Source: Chloroflexota bacterium (lineage in GTDB: Bacteria > Chloroflexota > Dehalococcoidia > Lucifugimonadales > JADFKI01). Taken from it: a stretch of DNA of 64,000 nucleotides. Made by a program: the position numbers and the translations under genes. Each line of letters begins with the position of its first letter. The stretch's first letter is position 1. The notes under the pieces are model-generated. The model was not told the origin of the DNA. It searched no databases and saw only the letters and a list, made by a program, of their open reading frames with translations. The DNA lies in contig JAQBUT010000007.1 in NCBI GenBank assembly GCA_027623195.1, forward strand, positions 1-64,000. The letters run 5' to 3'. Shown here one piece after another: positions 60,082 to 64,000 of this stretch.

Positions 60082-63000
60082 ATGTTCCCAGTGATCCGAT
60101 TCGTTCGAAAAACACAACTCTTAGTGTTTTTCATACTGCTGCTTGTAATCGCAGGCAGCGCTCACGCCCACACGCCCTACTACACGGCCCCCGGTAATTT
60201 GGCTCCCACGCCGAAAATTGGTCAGACGCTGTCGGCCATGTTCCAGGGATATCTCACGCAGACGCCCATTCAGCACTCCGCTGCGCTAACCGTTACAGCC
60301 GATGGTCTGGTTGCCGTGGATGCAACGGCTTCCGGCGACCCACTAACGCTGCTGGCCGACCTGGAAGCTCTCGGGATGAGGTACTCTGCCCAGGCTGGCA
60401 TGGTAGTGTCTGGACTGCTTCCTATCTCAGCCCTCGAGGATGTCGCGGGGCTACAAAGCCTTCGAGCCGTTCGACCGGCGTACGCCCTAACGGCATCAAC
60501 GCTGGCAGAGAGTCAGGGTTCGGTGGTAAGCCAGGGCGATGCGCTCATGAAGTCGGACTTGGCCCGGGCCGAGTTTGGAGTGGATGGCTCCGGCGTAAAC
60601 ATCGGCGTCATATCCGATAGCTTCAATTGCCAGGGCGAGTACATAACCGATATCGAAAACGGAGACCTTCCTGACAACGTAAATGTTGTGCTGGACATTC
60701 CGAATTTCCTCTGTAAAACCTTAGGCACTGACGAAGGCCGCGCCATCATGCAGGTCATTCACGACGTAGCCCCAGGCGCGGGTTTTACCTTTTACTCCGG
60801 CTTCGAGTCCACAATGCCCAGCTTCGTACGCGCCATCGATAGGCTGGCCAAAACAGAACAGGTGGACATCATCATCAGCGACTACGTTCATCTTAGCGAG
60901 CCTATGTTCCAGGACGGACTCATAGCGCAGGCCGTGAACTCGGCCGTCGCCAGTTCTAGCGTAGTCTACATAGCCAGCGCGGGAAACGGTGGCCAGGCCT
61001 CCTACGAAATCGACTTTGATCCAGGCCTATAGGATGACGAGGTTCCCAGTTTCTTCCCAGGTCTCACATTTAAACCCGATCCAGGTGCCCCCGGGTTCTA
61101 CCCTACATTTTTCGGCGGGATAGCGCACGACTTTGACTCAGGCCCCGGCAAAGATTTCTTTCAGAGGATCATAGTTCCAGAGGGCACGGGAGCCCTCATA
61201 TCTCTCCAGTGGGATTCGCCGTTCTTTTCCGCCACTGGCGGCGACGGCACACCCAATGATTTAGATGTATTCATTTTAGACCAGCCCCTCGACGCTATAG
61301 GCGACCCGGTGGGCGAGCCCACGAAGATAATCGGCGGCAGTTCGGATAAAAACAAAGGGTTGGATGCTGTAGAGGTAATCGACTTCTTCAATCCCGCTGG
61401 CTCCGGCCAAACGTTCTTTAACATAATGGTCGTGCATTCGCGGGACAAGGACATCGGAGAAGTTGATGACCGTACTTTAACCGGTCCTACGCCCGGCAAA
61501 TTCAAGTACGTCACCTTTCTGAGCGACATGACAATCGACCAGTACAACAGCGAAAGCGCCTCAGTATTTGGTCAGGCAGCGGCAAACGGCGCCCTGGCGG
61601 TAGGGGCCACCTACTACAACCAAACGCCCCATGTTCCTGAGAACTTCTCCTCCTACGGCCCGACAGAGATTCTTTTTGATTCATTTGGCAACCGATTAAC
61701 CCAATCAGAATTACGCCAGAAGCCTGACGTCATGGCCCCGGATGGTGTCAACATCCCGGGAACAACGCAGATAGGAACGCCTGATCCCGTTTCGGATGGC
61801 AACTATGAAGGGGACGGCATCCCGAACTACTTCGGAACGTCCGCATCGGCCGCGCATGCCGCCGGCGTCGCTGCACTAATCAAGCAGGCCGCGCCGACCA
61901 TATCACCGGCGACCCTTTTTGAAGCGATGCGTTCATCAGCAACCGACATGATGGCCCCCGGTTTCGATTACGACACCGGCTATGGCCTCATACAGGCCCA
62001 CGCCGCTATTTCGTCGCTGGCCGACCTGACCATCACAAAGCAGGCCTCCGTGGACGCCGGGGACGTTGGCGATATGGTCTCATTCGTCATTACCGTCACC
62101 AACAACGGACCAGCCACCTCTACTAACCTGACATTGAGTGATGCTCTACCAGGCGAAATGTCATTTCAGGAACTTTCGTCTGACCGGCTTACCTGCGGAC
62201 ACGACTCCGGCACCGTGACGTGCACCATGCTTTCATTGGCTGCGGGCCAGTCAGCCTCTTCCACCGTGGAGGCCATTTTGCAGAGCCCAGGTTCCATCTC
62301 CAACGCGGCGTCTGTTTCAGGGGACCAGCTAGACCCCGACGACTCCAACAACGCTGCAACCGCGTCAATCGAAGTGTCCGGAACCTCACAGCCAGACCTG
62401 GCGATAACTAAGGTCGACACGCTGGACCCTATTAACGTCGGCGAACTCATCACGTACCTGATCACAGTGACTAATCAAGGCACCGCCGAAGCGAACGGCG
62501 TAACAGTGACGGACGAACTTCCCAACGAAGTATCGTTCCAATCGGCCTCCGCCACCCCCGGCGATTGCGGGGAAACCAACGGCCTAGTGACCTGTGCGCT
62601 AGGAAAGCTTGGGGTTGGCGAGACAGCCACGGTCACTCTAGTAACGCTGGCATCGTCAACAGGCGCCATATCCAACACTGCGACCGTTGACGGCGACGAG
62701 CCCGACCTGGATATTTCGAATAACTCGGATGCCGAAGACACTACGGTCATTCTGGTACCCACGCCCACGACTACGCCGACGCCGACGACAACGCCGACGA
62801 CAACGCCCACGCCCACGACTACGCCGACGACAACACCCACGCCGACGACAACGCCCACGCAACAGCCGGCCAACGACGACAGTCCCAGAATACGCAGCAC
62901 GTCGGTGCCAACTCCAGAGCCCACGGCGGTTCCTACTGCCATACCCGCTATTGTGGACACGCCGGTGCCGACGCCTGAGCCCACGCCAGCGCCGCCCACG

Positions 63001-64000
63001 CCAGCACCTACAGTCGCGCCAAAGCCGGTTACGACTCAAGCAATCGAGCAGGCCCCTATCGAAGAGGCGGCCGAGGTAATTCAGCAGATGCCGCCGGATG
63101 AAGCGGCCGAATTGTTGAAAGAGGTTGAGCTTGACCGGACCATCGAGATCCTGCTGGCCGTTGACAAGGACACGGCAGGGAACATCCTGGATAACATGTC
63201 CGTGGAAAGCCTAATAGAGATCATCGAACGAGCAGACCAGGAAACCTTGATCGCGCTGCTGGCTCAGATGTCGCCGGAGCAGTTCTTCTTCATACCTCTG
63301 GACGTGCTACTCGCAAACCTGCCTGGAGTATCCGTGGAGATGCTGGCCCGCGAGTTGGTGCCTCAACCCGACCCCCGGCTGTCGAATCCCACTTCTCAGC
63401 AGATTTCCGACGCCATTGTTGAATACCTGGTGCCCCGTACCATTGCCGACGCATGGGCCAAGATAATCGGAAGCCCTGCTCCACTGGACGCGGTGCTGGC
63501 CAAGTTCACGAAAGACTTGACCCAGATCCGCGTGGTGGTTGAGGACTTCACCGAGGTGCCGGCCAGTGCACCCCCGCTGCCACCAGAAGACATACTTAAC
63601 TCCATATTCACGATCGATCTGCCGGACACGAGTCCGGAGGACATCTCTGTAGCCCACGTCACTCTTTACCTGGAAAAAACATGGCTTGAAGAGAACCAAA
63701 TCCACCCATGGTCTATTCGTTTTAATCGGCTGGACGAGGAACAAGGCGAATGGGTGCCATACCCGGCGAAGAGGGTGCGGGAAGACAACCAGCGCGTGTT
63801 CTACTCCGTCGGCATTCCTGGCTTCTCATTGTTTGCTATTACGGGGCGGGCGGAACTCAGGGTTCCGGACTTCCAGGTTTCCAACCTGATCATCGAACCC
63901 TCGTCGCCGACTGCCAATCAGGCCATCAGCGTTCGAGCTAACGTAACCAATATCGGCAGCGAGCCGGCCATCTTCCCGGCAAGCCTGTGGATAGATGGCA
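60082..64000 (+). pseudogene. Large secreted S8/S53-like peptidase with 2x DUF11, PT linker, helical repeat, PGF-pre-PGF-like and CARDB-like domains; single in-frame TAG at 61030-61032; runs off the window
   Basis: IGVISDS, DEGRAIM, SAGN before the TAG; same frame stays open to 64000 with KPDVMAPDG, FGTSASAAH, ITVTNxG, PGFSLFAITG. Confidence 0.82.
62758..63025 (+). repeat. Thr/Pro-rich linker repeats
   Basis: PTPTTTPTPTTTPTTTP low-complexity tract. Confidence 0.8.

Noticed and set aside
61030..61032. Pyrrolysine recoding of the TAG
   Set aside because: No pyl genes in the window, and the site looks like a variable loop of a peptidase rather than a methylamine methyltransferase active site
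1..64000. Prophage, IS element or defence island
   Set aside because: No integrase, transposase, phage structural or recognisable defence genes; SRAP, thermonuclease and XRE-S24 genes are scattered among metabolic genes

Overview
A ~64 kb gene-dense bacterial chromosomal segment. The gene mix (luciferase-like monooxygenase, CehA/McbA metallohydrolase, TPP enzyme, amidohydrolase, aldo-keto reductases, Thr/Pro-rich lipoproteins) suggests Chloroflexota, Dehalococcoidia/SAR202-like; this is an inference, not a marker-gene call. It holds about 55 CDS, tRNA-Ile(GAT), tRNA-Gly(CCC) and a decayed tRNA-Gly copy. I saw no rRNA, CRISPR array, integrase or transposase. Highlights: (1) a CoA-binding (YccU-like) gene whose conserved C-terminal Cys is an in-frame TGA followed by a SECIS-like hairpin, a candidate selenoprotein; (2) a dispersed non-cellulosomal cohesin-dockerin set of archaeal style: two cohesin-like lipoproteins and a dockerin-tailed beta-propeller, alongside other archaeal-type surface modules (PGF-pre-PGF, DUF11, CARDB, DNRLRE); (3) an unannotated ~330-nt promoter-to-terminator unit (sRNA and/or 24-aa peptide); (4) an atypical orphan OmpR-family regulator with 11-bp-phased direct repeats and candidate target sites; (5) five genes broken by frameshifts or an in-frame TAG, which may be assembly errors, decay or phase variation. 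All domain names come from my motif recognition, not from database searches.
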